The position numbers and the translations under genes are program-made. A stretch of 63,136 nucleotides of DNA, counting the filler, from Octopus bimaculoides (taxonomy: Eukaryota), in NCBI RefSeq assembly GCF_001194135.2. It is 5 parts of 5 records of this genome, joined end to end, with 100 filler letters (N's around TTAATTAATTAA, not from the genome) between each part and the next. Parts side by side here need not be neighbours in the genome. Positions count along the whole stretch, not along the records: positions 30,401 to 58,898 come from NC_068983.1; positions 58,999 to 63,136 come from NC_068991.1; 3 more parts are not named here. One strand, written 5' to 3'. Shown here piece after piece: positions 52,882-63,136 of this stretch; position 1 is the stretch's first letter; every line of letters starts with the position of its first letter. The notes under the pieces were generated by a model. It saw only the letters and a list, made by a program, of their open reading frames with translations. It searched no databases and was not told the origin of the DNA.

Positions 52882-52893
52882 GGTGGTGGTGGT
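52731..52893. repeat. (GAT)n/(GAC)n/(GGT)n compound trinucleotide repeat
   Basis: Direct observation; source of the poly-D, poly-M and poly-S ORFs. Confidence 0.97.
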
Positions 52894-54624
52894 GAAGATC
52901 TAGATAGTACAGAATAACGCAAGCTGTGGATCGAAAAAGTGCACTGATTTTTCTCCATTTGTNNNNNNNNNNNNNNNNNNNNNNNNNNNNNNNNNNNNNN
53001 NNNNNNNNNNNNNNNNNNNNNNNNNNNNNNNNNNNNNNNNNNNNNNNNNNNNNNNNNNNNNNNNNNNNNNNNNNNNNNNNNNNNNNNNNNNNNNNNNNNN
53101 NNNNNNNNNNNNNNNNNNNNNNNNNNNNNNNNNNNNNNNNNNNNNNNNNNNNNNNNNNNNNNNNNNNNNNNNNNNNNNNNNNNNNNNNNNNNNNNNNNNN
53201 NNNNNNNNNNNNNNNNNNNNNNNNNNNNNNNNNNNNNNNNNNNNNNNNNNNNNNNNNNNNNNNNNNNNNNNNNNNNNNNNNNNNNNNNNNNNNNNNNNNN
53301 NNNNNNNNNNNNNNNNNNNNNNNNNNNNNNNNNNNNNNNNNNNNNNNNNNNNNNNNNNNNNNNNNNNNNNNNNNNNNNNNNNNNNNNNNNNNNNNNNNNN
53401 NNNNNNNNNNNNNNNNNNNNNNNNNNNNNNNNNNNNNNNNNNNNNNNNNNNNNNNNNNNNNNNNNNNNNNNNNNNNNNNNNNNNNNNNNNNNNNNNNNNN
53501 NNNNNNNNNNNNNNNNNNNNNNNNNNNNNNNNNNNNNNNNNNNNNNNNNNNNNNNNNNNNNNNAAAGGATGAAAGGCAAAGTCGACCTCGGCAGAATTTG
53601 AATTCAGAACGTAAAGACGGACGAAACGCTGCTAAGCATTTCACCCAGCGTGCTAAGGTTTCTTATTTCTTTACTACCCACAAGGGGCTAAACATAGAGG
53701 GGACAAACAAGGACAGACAAAGGGATCAAGTCGATTACATCGACTCCAGTGCGTAACTGGTACTTAATTTATCGACCCCGAAAGGATGAAAGGCAAAGTC
53801 GACCTCGGCGGTATTTGAACTCAGAACGTAGCGGCAGACGAAATTCCGTTAAGCATTTTGCCCGGCGTGCTAACGTTTCTGCCAGCTCGCTGCCTTAGAC
53901 CAATTATAACTTATTTAACTGAAAATACTCAGAAATAAGCTTCCAAGGGAAATAACTTCTATCATACTAGCGTCATCAAGAATAAAGTTATCTACCTTTA
54001 AAGGTTATCCGGCTGATAACCTACGATTAACGCTAATATTTTACGTTATTAATTCTGTTTGATAAACCATTTATATGCATGATTTCAGATTTTCGTGCAA
54101 CAGGCATGGAGACAACATAAAAGTATTATTTATTATTGGGCATACACACTTGATCAATAACTTCAAGTCTACAGAATTATTTTTAAGAACTATTGATGAT
54201 AATATGCATATTAACAAATGGCTTTCTTGCAGGTTCGCATATACTTCAAGTGTATTTGAACTGGTACCATGTTTGTATTTATACACATCACAGCTTAGCG
54301 CTGTCATCCCGTTTATTTAATACGGTGAGCCGCTAAATTGCGCAACCAGTCATTGAATGCTGACGGGAATATCATAAGAGGGACATGTCTCTCGTGTAAA
54401 TTCGCAGCGTCTGCCATTCCGGTCTCTGTGGCTGAAGAAGTGATAACAATAATAAATTCAAATTATGACAAACGTAAATAAACAAACGAAGTTTGCTTTT
54501 AGAAGCATTGAGATGTCTTTTAGAAAGTTAAAGAAGTGATTTTAAATTCTCAATCGCAGAATAATGCTAATAATATAGTCTGAACAGGATAAACTACCCC
54601 TATTTTGCAGAGAAAAGTGTAGGT

Positions 54625-54698
54625 GATTAGCTGTGGACTCGAACTCACATCCCCGTGATTACATGTCACGATGCTTTGACCGATTAAGCTAAACTACC
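54625..54698 (-). tRNA. tRNA-like sequence or pseudogene (loop CATGTAA, TGT = Thr-like)
   Basis: GGTAGTT TA GCTT AATCGGTCA AAGC A TCGTGA CATGTAA TCACGG GGAT GTGAG TTCGAGT CCAC AGCTAAT C: A and B boxes present, but 6-bp anticodon stem, one base missing in the T stem and a mismatch in the acceptor stem. Confidence 0.55.
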
Positions 54699-54894
54699 CA
54701 CTACAAATTCCTCTGCAAATTAAGATATATAAATCTCGCTTTATGAGACGCTCTCATATGTTAAATTCAAATTACGACAAACGTAAATAAATCCTTTCTG
54801 TTATAGACTTTGTGCCAATGATAGAAAGGGTTATTGCAACTGTTGCTGCTGCTATTCTCTCCCGTTTCCTGTTATGCGTTATTCATGCCTTGTC

Positions 54895-55640
54895 TCAGCA
54901 CCTTCCCGCAGCTTAGAGGCGCAATACTTTCCTCAGTGCATATGCAGTTCTGCATTTGGCCGCCAACTGTATTCTTCTGATGACGTTTGATAGTTCCAGC
55001 TTCTCATGTCAGGTGTTTCTGTTCTTTGTGCACCAATCACAATGGGAATTACACTCATTCTAGCGTGTGTATGAATACACTCCACTTCAAATGCCATGTC
55101 TTGACACCTTTTGCATTTCTCGTTCTCTGTCTTCACAATGTTCTGACCTACAGGGACCTCTCTATCAATGAAGACCCAATTTTTCTCAACGCTTTCCATG
55201 ACCGCAGTTTCGTGAAATGATTGTGACCTGTAAACAGTTTTGAGTAAGAACCGGAAAGAGAAGTATGAACATGCAATGCGCATGTGCACACTGTATTCGT
55301 AAAAACTGAAGAGAAGAATAAAAACGCAATGCGGATGTCAAAATAAACGAAAACGAAGAACAAAAACGCAATATCAAACAGGTTATATGATGGTCTGCAT
55401 GCTACATCTGGTACCACTATCACATAGCTTTGCTGCAATTTCCTTGTTTGGAGTCTTTTCGTAGGAGAGTGATATCTGTGTTTCAATTACTTATCTGTGT
55501 AGACTATCATTTCCTTCATTTTTATCATTCCCTATGATTAGCAAGAGTTGATGTTCAAACCATTGGTCAGTGTACTCTAGCCTGTGTACTCGCTGTGAAA
55601 CTTTGTCATGGCATTTTCTGTACTCTTTCTGGGTTAGTAA
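54895..55640 (-). mobile_element. R4/Dong-like LINE C-terminal fragment
   Basis: RKCHDKVSQRVH, FIDREVPVGQNIVKTENEKCKRCQDMAFE, SVIPIVIGA. Confidence 0.7.
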
Positions 55641-55643
55641 ATA

Positions 55644-56479
55644 CGAAGTGGTATCAAAAAGTTCCCGGTCTTGTTCTGTAGTACACCAACAGATGACAGT
55701 ACACGTTTGCATGCGCAGTGAGAACTAGCAGTGACTTTCATGAGGCAGTGTACCGAGTGACATGACTGTGCTTACTAGGCAAATTGTGAAATTTGTTTTT
55801 GTGATCACGTGTATGCTGTAGTCTGCGATTCTGTCGTGAATAGGAATGAAGAGCCAACGCGAAATTTTACGTTAAGCATTGGAAGTCTTCTACAGAGACA
55901 TTGAGCTTGCTTCGGTAAGCTTACGGTGACAGGTCAAAGAGTCGTACGCGTCATTCACGGAAATGTCATATTCTGCATCGAAAATTCATTTCTCAGTTCC
56001 AGGCCGTCAATCAAGAGTTCAACTGCGATGTTTTGAAGCATTTGAATGAGAACATTCGGCGAAAGCGACCGGTTCTGTAGAGTGCGAAGAATTGGATTCT
56101 TCACAACAACAATGCAGCCTATCACCAAGCTGTCCTCACTCGTAAGTTTCTCGCCAAAATCAAAATGGTATCGCTTCTGCACCCACCCTTTTCGCCAGAT
56201 TTAGCGCCCACGAACTTCCATCTCTCCACCAAGATGAAAATGCAGCTCATAGGCCGCCGTTTTAAGACCGTTGTCGAGATCCAGAGCGAATCGCAGAAGG
56301 TCCTCGACTCACTTACGGAAAACGACTTCCAAACCGTATTCCAAAAGTAGTAGGAATGCTAGGACCGGTGTATTGCTGCGTAAGGTGACTATTTCGAAGG
56401 AGAAGATGTTGAAACTTATGTAAATAAGTTATCTTTTATTAAGCATAACAAGTCCTGGAAACTTTTTGATACTATCTCG
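55644..56479 (+). mobile_element. Internally deleted mariner with both TIRs and TA TSD
   Basis: TA|cgaagtggtatcaaaaagttcccggtcttgt ... acaagtcctggaaactttttgatactatctcg|TA; WILHNNNAAYH, LHPPFSPDLAPTNFHL (decayed YSPDLAP.D motif). Confidence 0.92.
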
Positions 56480-57100
56480 TAATACTTAGCAACATTTCGT
56501 TCGATTTTACGTTCTGTTTTCAAGTTCCGTCGAGGTCGATTTTGCCTTTCATTTTTTCGAGGTCGATAAAATAACTACCAGTCAAGCACTGGAGCCAATG
56601 TGACCAACTTATCCCATCCTTAAAATTTGCTTGTCTAGCGTCAGAATTTGAAACCTATATTACGCATTGTGTTAAAACCAATTCGTAAAAAACTATCTGG
56701 CAGAAATCGCGACATGAGTGCTTACACTATCATGCCAACTCACAAAATAGTCTCTACATAGAAGTAGATACCTTACAGCCAGAAACATTTCTTGTTTTTA
56801 TCTTTCTTTTTACTCGACGTAAAGCTGTATAAGTCAATTATATGCCATAGGAGACATAGTTTGGTTTAGGTGGGTCAGTATGAACTGACACCTAGATTAG
56901 AGAATGGCTTGATTTGGTCCCTGGAAAAAGTTATCTTTGTAGCTAACTATTTGTATGACTTGTGTGGTAAGAAGCCTGCTTCCCAACTACATGGTTCCGA
57001 GTTCAACCCCACGTGGCACTTTGGGCAAGTATCATCTATGGCCTTGGGCGAACCAAAAATTTGTAAGTGTATTTAGTGGACGGAAACTGAAAGACATTTG

Positions 57101-57152
<52 letters not shown>

Positions 57153-57816
57153 CTCTGTGTGTCTGTGTGTCTGTGTGTCTGTGTCTGTCTGTCTGTCTGT
57201 CTGTCTGTGTCTGTGTCTGTGTCTGTGTTCGCCCACTACCACCACTCTACAACCAGTGTTGGTATGTTTACGTCCTCGTAACTTAGTGGTTCGGTAAAAG
57301 TGATCGATAGAATAAGTACCAGGCTTTCAAAAACTACTGGTATTGATTCTTTCCATTCAAAATTATTTATGGTTGTGTCCCAGCATAGCTGCAGTCTACT
57401 GACTGAAAAAAGTAAAAGGTGAAGCTAACACAGATGCGAGAAATTAATGAAGCGGGTTATATGTTAAAGGTGTTTGGAGTATTTCCAAATGACATATTTA
57501 ATGAGGTGTGAGTTAAACTGAATAAATTATTAGTCTTATATAACTAAGTATATTTTTATCCTATTGCTGTTTGTGCTTTAAAACAAGAAAAAAAAACTAA
57601 AGAATACTTGATAAATCACATCTCAGATGAATAACAGTCCATGTTAGACAAGTACTAGTTAAAAGATATCGAAGTGCATCATAAAAAGACTAAAGTTAAT
57701 TTTACTTGCTCTTCTTCATTTCTCTATAATTTTATATTCGACATTGTTATAGTTGAGGATGGTCATATTTTGCCAGTTAAACTCACGCACTATATATATT
57801 TGATCTTCACTTCAGC

Positions 57817-57819
<3 letters not shown>

Positions 57820-57900
<81 letters not shown>

Positions 57901-58389
57901 GTTCAGTAGTTTTATTTTTATAACGTGCTTTCACTTCACCATCGAGCGCAGCTCTGTGTGCCTTGGGTATGTGCTGTGGTTTGCTGTGATGCTCTTATGG
58001 TTACTGTATTGAAAGTGTTTTGTGTAGGATGTGTGCAGTGCCTAGTAGTGCAATTTTCTGTATGTTATATATATTTGTAAGTCCTGGTGTTTTTGTTATG
58101 TATTTGTCTGAATATTTTTTTATTATACCTAAGGCACCTACTATGATAGGAATTGTTTCTGTTTTTAGATTCCACATTCGAGTTACCTCTATTTCCAGGT
58201 CTTTTCTTTGTATTTTGAAAGTTTCTCCATTTCTTTTAGGGAAACGTTGTCATCTGCTGGTATCGATACATCAATTAGAAAGCCTTTTTTTCCTTCATGA
58301 TCTCTGACAACTATATCTGGCCTATTGTCTGGAGTAAAATATACGAAGCCCAATATACTCATCATTACTACCCGTCTGATAAGGGTACA
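57820..58389 (-). mobile_element. RLE-type LINE 3' end with (TAA)n tail
   Basis: NRPDIVVRDH...FLIDVSIP...EKLSKYK, IPIIVGALGII, IQKIALLGTAHILHKTLS*; tail at 57820-57900. Confidence 0.88.
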
Positions 58390-58492
58390 CCAGGCACATG
58401 CATCACAACNNNNNNNNNNAAAACAATGTACATGATAATACTTCCAAAACAATGTACATGATAACACTTTTAAAACACTCTCCTCCAGAAAG

Positions 58493-58610
58493 TAAAGAGA
58501 CAATAAAGAAAAGTGCGACTGTTATGAAATGAACAGTATTTCTGTGGAAGATACACGAGATGTCGAAATATTGTTCATTTGATAACAGTCGCACCCTTCT
58601 TTATTGTTTC

Positions 58611-58614
<4 letters not shown>
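58493..58614. mobile_element. MITE-like hairpin element bounded by TA
   Basis: 49-bp arms 58494-58542 and 58565-58613 with about 5 mismatches and a 22-nt loop. Confidence 0.55.
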
Positions 58615-58670
<56 letters not shown>

Positions 58671-58898
58671 ATATTTTATGTTTGACTTTTGCTTTGCATT
58701 TGTACAAGTTGGATCCAAGTCTCACCCAGAGATCTCAAGAAACAACAAGTTAGAAGTTCATGTAGGTGTTATGCCTAGGGTACCATATATTTGGATTTGT
58801 ACAGTTTTGTTCTAGTGAATGTTTAAGAAACCATAAGAAAATTATGTGTTTGCTTTAAAATTTGAGATCACATAGACAGTATTTTACGTAGGATATGG
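58614..58898 (-). mobile_element. 3' end of a second RLE-type LINE with (TAA)n tail
   Basis: Minus strand HILRKILSM*, then a UTR and (TAA)n. Confidence 0.7.
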
Positions 58899-59731
58899 NN
58901 NNNNNNNNNNNNNNNNNNNNNNNNNNNNNNNNNNNNNNNNNNTTAATTAATTAANNNNNNNNNNNNNNNNNNNNNNNNNNNNNNNNNNNNNNNNNNNNTA
59001 TATCGTGCCAGTACCCCTGGACTGGCTCTTGTGCGGGTGGCACATAAAATACACCATTTTGAGCGTGGTCTGACTGGCCTTCGTGCGGGTGACATGTAAA
59101 AGCACCCACTACACTCTCTGAGTGGTTGGCGTTAGGAAGGGCATCCAGCTGTAGAAACTCTGCCAAATCAGATTGGAGCCTGGTGTTGCCATCCGGTTTC
59201 ACCAGTCCTCAGTGAAATCGTCCAACCCATGCTAGCATGGAATGCGGATGTTAAACGATGATGATGATGATAATGATATTTATGTATATACTCTTTTACT
59301 AATTTATTCTTTTACTTGTTTCGCCTTTAGTCGAGCAAATCGACCCCAGGACTTATTCTTTGTAAGCCTAGTACTTATTCTATCGGTCACCTTTACTGAA
59401 CTGCTAAGTTGCGGGGACGTAAACACGCCGTCATCAGTTGTCAAGCGATGTTGGGGTGGGGGGCAAACACAGACACAGAAACACACATATGTACATATAC
59501 ATATATATGACGGTCTTCTTCCAGTTTCCGTCTACCAAATCCACTTACAAGGGTTTGGTCGGCCCGAGGCTATAGTAGAAGACACTTGCCTAAGGTGCCA
59601 TGCAGTGGGACTGAACCTGGAACCATGTGGTTGGTAAGCGAGCTACTTACCAGACAGCCACTCCTCTGCCTATATGTATATATATATGCACATTTAGGTA
59701 TGTATATGTGTATATATGTATGTACATTTAT

Positions 59732-59815
<84 letters not shown>

Positions 59816-59840
59816 CACATTTATGTGTATATATATATAT

Positions 59841-60700
59841 AAAGGTAGAGTGTATGACGCATGTGTGTAAACAGCCATGCTACATGGCAGTGAAACATGG
59901 GCCGTGACTGCTGATGACATGCGTAAGCTTGCTAGATGTGAAGCTAGTATGCTCCGTTGAATGTGTAATGTCAGTGTGCGTACATGACAGAGTGTAAGTG
60001 CCCTGAGAGAAAAGTTGGGCATAAGAAGCATCAGATGTGGTGTGCAAGAGAGACGACTGTGGTGGTATTGTGATGTGTTGCTTATGGATAAGGACAGCTG
60101 TGTGAAAAAGTGTCACACCCTAGCAGTAGAGAGAACCTGTGGAAAAGGTAGACCCAGGAAACTTGGGATGAAGTGGTGAAGCACAATCTTCAAACGTTGG
60201 GCCTCAAGGAGGCAATGACAAGTGATTGAGACCTTTGGAGATATGCTCTGCTTGAGAAGACCCAGCAAGCCATGTGGACTATGCCAGTGCAGCATAACTG
60301 ACCCATTTAAGAGCACCCTTCAATCATTGGGCAATAAACTGCGCTTGCGAAGACCTGCTGAGTCAAGGGAAGTCATTGTTGTGGCTGTTGACAGTTCCAC
60401 TTGATTGGCATGGAAAAAGCACCATCTGAGCGTGTTCAATGCCAGTGCTGGCTGACTGGCCCTGTGCCAGTGGCACTGAGCGTGGTCGTTGCCAGTGCCT
60501 CCTTACAGGCTCTGGTGTTGGTGGCATGTAAAAAGCACCATTCAAGAGTGGTACCCACTACACTCTTGGAGTGGTTGGCATTAGGAAGGGCGTCCAGCTG
60601 TAGAAATTTTGCCAGATCAGATTGGAATTGGAGCCTGGTGTAGCCTTCTGGCTGTCCAGCCCTTGCCAGCATGGAAAGTGGACATTAAACGAAGGTGATG
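59841..60700 (+). mobile_element. RTE LINE 3' portion (ORF C-terminus, modular UTR, GAT tail)
   Basis: [46 protein letters not shown]. Confidence 0.9.
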
Positions 60701-60751
60701 ATGTATGTTTGTTTGTATGCATGTATATGTGTATATGTATACATTCATGTA

Positions 60752-60794
<43 letters not shown>

Positions 60795-60804
60795 NNNNNN
60801 NNNN

Positions 60805-60839
<35 letters not shown>

Positions 60840-61471
60840 TGTGTGTGTGTATGTCCATGTGTATATGTATACATTTATATAAGTATATGTGTATATATGC
60901 ATTCATATATATGTGTAAATATATATATATACATGTATATATGTGTATATATATATATATGTATATACATTTATATGTATATATATGTGTATATACATTT
61001 ATGTATGTATATGTGTGTGTATATTATATATATTTATATACGTATCTATATATACATATATATTTATGTGTATATTTCTGGACTGGCGGGTGGCACATAA
61101 AAGACACCATTTTGAGCGTGGCCGTTGCCAGAACCGCCTGACTGGCCTTCGTGCGGGTGACACGTAAAAACACCCACTACACTCTCTGAGTGGTTGGCGT
61201 TAGGAAGGGCATCCAGCTGTAGAAACTCTGCCAAATCAGATTGGAGCCTGGTGTTGCCATCCGGTTTCACCAGTCCTCAGTCAAATCGTCCAACCCATGC
61301 CAGCATGGAAAGCGGACGTTAAACAATGATGATGATGATGATATACATTTATGTATGTATGGACATGTGTGTGTGTGTATGCATATAAGTATATATACAC
61401 ATCTATGTATGCATGTATGTGTGCTTATATTCATATATTTAAATGTATGTATATGTGTGTATATGTATGTA

Positions 61472-61527
<56 letters not shown>

Positions 61528-61829
61528 CATATGTACATCTGAACATATACATTTACATAAGTATATTCTTATATGTATGTGTATATATATATATTTGTGT
61601 ATATATGTGTGTGTGTATGTATATGTATGTATATATTTATGTATGTTTATATGTATATACATTTATATGTATGTTTATATTTGTGTATATATATATGTAT
61701 GTATATATTTATATGTATATATATATACATTTATACATATGTATATATTTATAGGTATATACATTGATATATATGTATGCATATATTTATATAAATGTAT
61801 ATACATTTATATGTATATATATATATATA

Positions 61830-62105
61830 TGGATGCAGTTTAATGCTGGAAAATTTGAAGCACTGCACTATGAACTCACGAATATAGTACAATCTACATT
61901 TACAGGACCCAAAGGCACTGGAATCCCAGAGGCGCAGGCAATGAAAGACTTGGGGATCAGTTTGTGCAAGGACGCATCATTTCATATGCGCATAAGCAAG
62001 ATGGCAGCAAAGTGCAGGCAACTGGCATGATGGATACTGAGGTCCTTCAAGACAAGGGACCAAGAAACTATGTTGACCCTGTGGTGAATCTTTGTTCTCA
62101 TTCGC
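61830..62105 (+). mobile_element. Fragment of the CR1/L2-type family seen at 1880-4155
   Basis: MQFNAGKFEAL...KDLGI...ASFH..ISKMAAKCRQL versus MQFSAEKFQAL...QDLGI...ASFH.HVAKLAMKCRRL. Confidence 0.8.
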
Positions 62106-63033
62106 CTGGGCTTCGAAGCCAGTATGCTCCAATGGATGTGCAATGTCAGTGCATACTCGACAGAGTGTAAGTACCTTGAGGGAAAAGTTGGACCTAAGAA
62201 GCATCAGTTGTGGTGTGCAAGAGAGACGATTGCGCTGGTATGGTCAGGTGTTATATATGGATGAGGAGAGCTGTGTGAAGAAGTGTCGCACTCTAGCGGT
62301 TGAGGGAACCTGTGGAAGAGGTAGACCCAGGAAGACCTGGGATGAGGAGGTGAAGCACGACCTTTGAACATTAGGCCTCACCGGGGCAATGACTAGTGAC
62401 TGGGACCTTTGGAAATTTGCATTATGTGAGAAGACCCAGCAAGCCAAGTGAGAGCATAATCTGTGGCTTCTGCCAGAAGTGTAGCCAGCTCACTTATTTG
62501 TATCTTTACTTCATTGGACACTAAACTCTGCTTGCGAAGACCTGTTGGGGCAAATGAAATCGAAATCGTAATTGAACCATATTCGATGACCGGCACCTGT
62601 GCCAGTGGAGCACTAACAGCACCGTCCGAGCATGATCATTGCTAGAGCAACTGTCTGGCTTCCGTACTAGTGGCATGTAAATAGCACCATTTGAGCGTGA
62701 TCATCACCAGTGTCCTCTTACTGGCACGTTAGAAAACATTCGAGCGAGGTCCTTGCCAGTGCCGCTGGACTGGTTCCTGTGCAGGTGGCACGTAAAAAAC
62801 ACCATTTTGAGCATGGCTGTTGCCAGTACCGCCAGACTGGCCCTCGTGCAGGTGCCATGTAAAAGCACCCACTACACTCTCGGAGTGGTTGGCGTTAGGA
62901 AGAGTATCCAGCTTTAGAAACTCTGCCAGATCAGATTGGAGCCTGGTGCAGCCATCTGGTTCATCAGTCCTCAGTCAAATCGTCCAACCCATGCTAGCAT
63001 GGAAAGCGGACGTTAAACGATGATGATGATGAT
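62105..63033 (+). mobile_element. RTE LINE 3' portion with long modular UTR
   Basis: RRLRWYGQVLYMDEESCVKKCRTLAVEGTCGRGRPRKTWDEEVKHDL*, then UTR and (GAT)n. Confidence 0.92.
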
Positions 63034-63101
63034 GTATACATATGCGAGTATATAAAAGTATATACATGTGTATATATATGAATATGTATCTATATGGATG
63101 C

Positions 63102-63136
<35 letters not shown>

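Noticed and set aside
52679-52917. Poly-Asp, poly-Met and poly-Ser ORFs
   Set aside because: Pure (GAT)n expansion without coding context.

Overview
Repeat-dominated, gappy eukaryotic DNA. The SINE/LINE families, the dense (TA)/(TG)/(TACA)/(GAT) microsatellites and the scaffolding style best fit an Octopus draft genome (inference from recognised repeat families, not a database search). No intact gene, rRNA or CRISPR array can be supported. Most ORFs in the supplied track are microsatellite or N-gap artefacts. Recognisable content is decayed transposable elements: CR1/L2-type, Tx1/L1, R4/Dong-like (RLE), RTE and Penelope-like retroelements; Tc1, mariner and probable Helitron DNA elements; and at least five SINE families. 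The only clear host-type coding sequence is a lesioned, uninterrupted array of sushi/CCP modules with a Cys-rich PAN-like tail (38915-39750, +). Best leads: (1) a TATA/CCAAT-preceded minus-strand unit at about 13.9-14.7 kb with a duplicated peptide block (NTALFVNYFTMD) whose core differs only at synonymous sites; (2) the sushi locus, whose point lesions are mostly G-to-A; (3) a Penelope-type minimal hammerhead motif; (4) a tRNA-like sequence nested in inverted and direct repeats; (5) several tight fold-back structures. I cannot claim a confirmed new biological system from this sequence alone. TE boundaries are approximate (tens of bp) unless a TIR or TSD is quoted.
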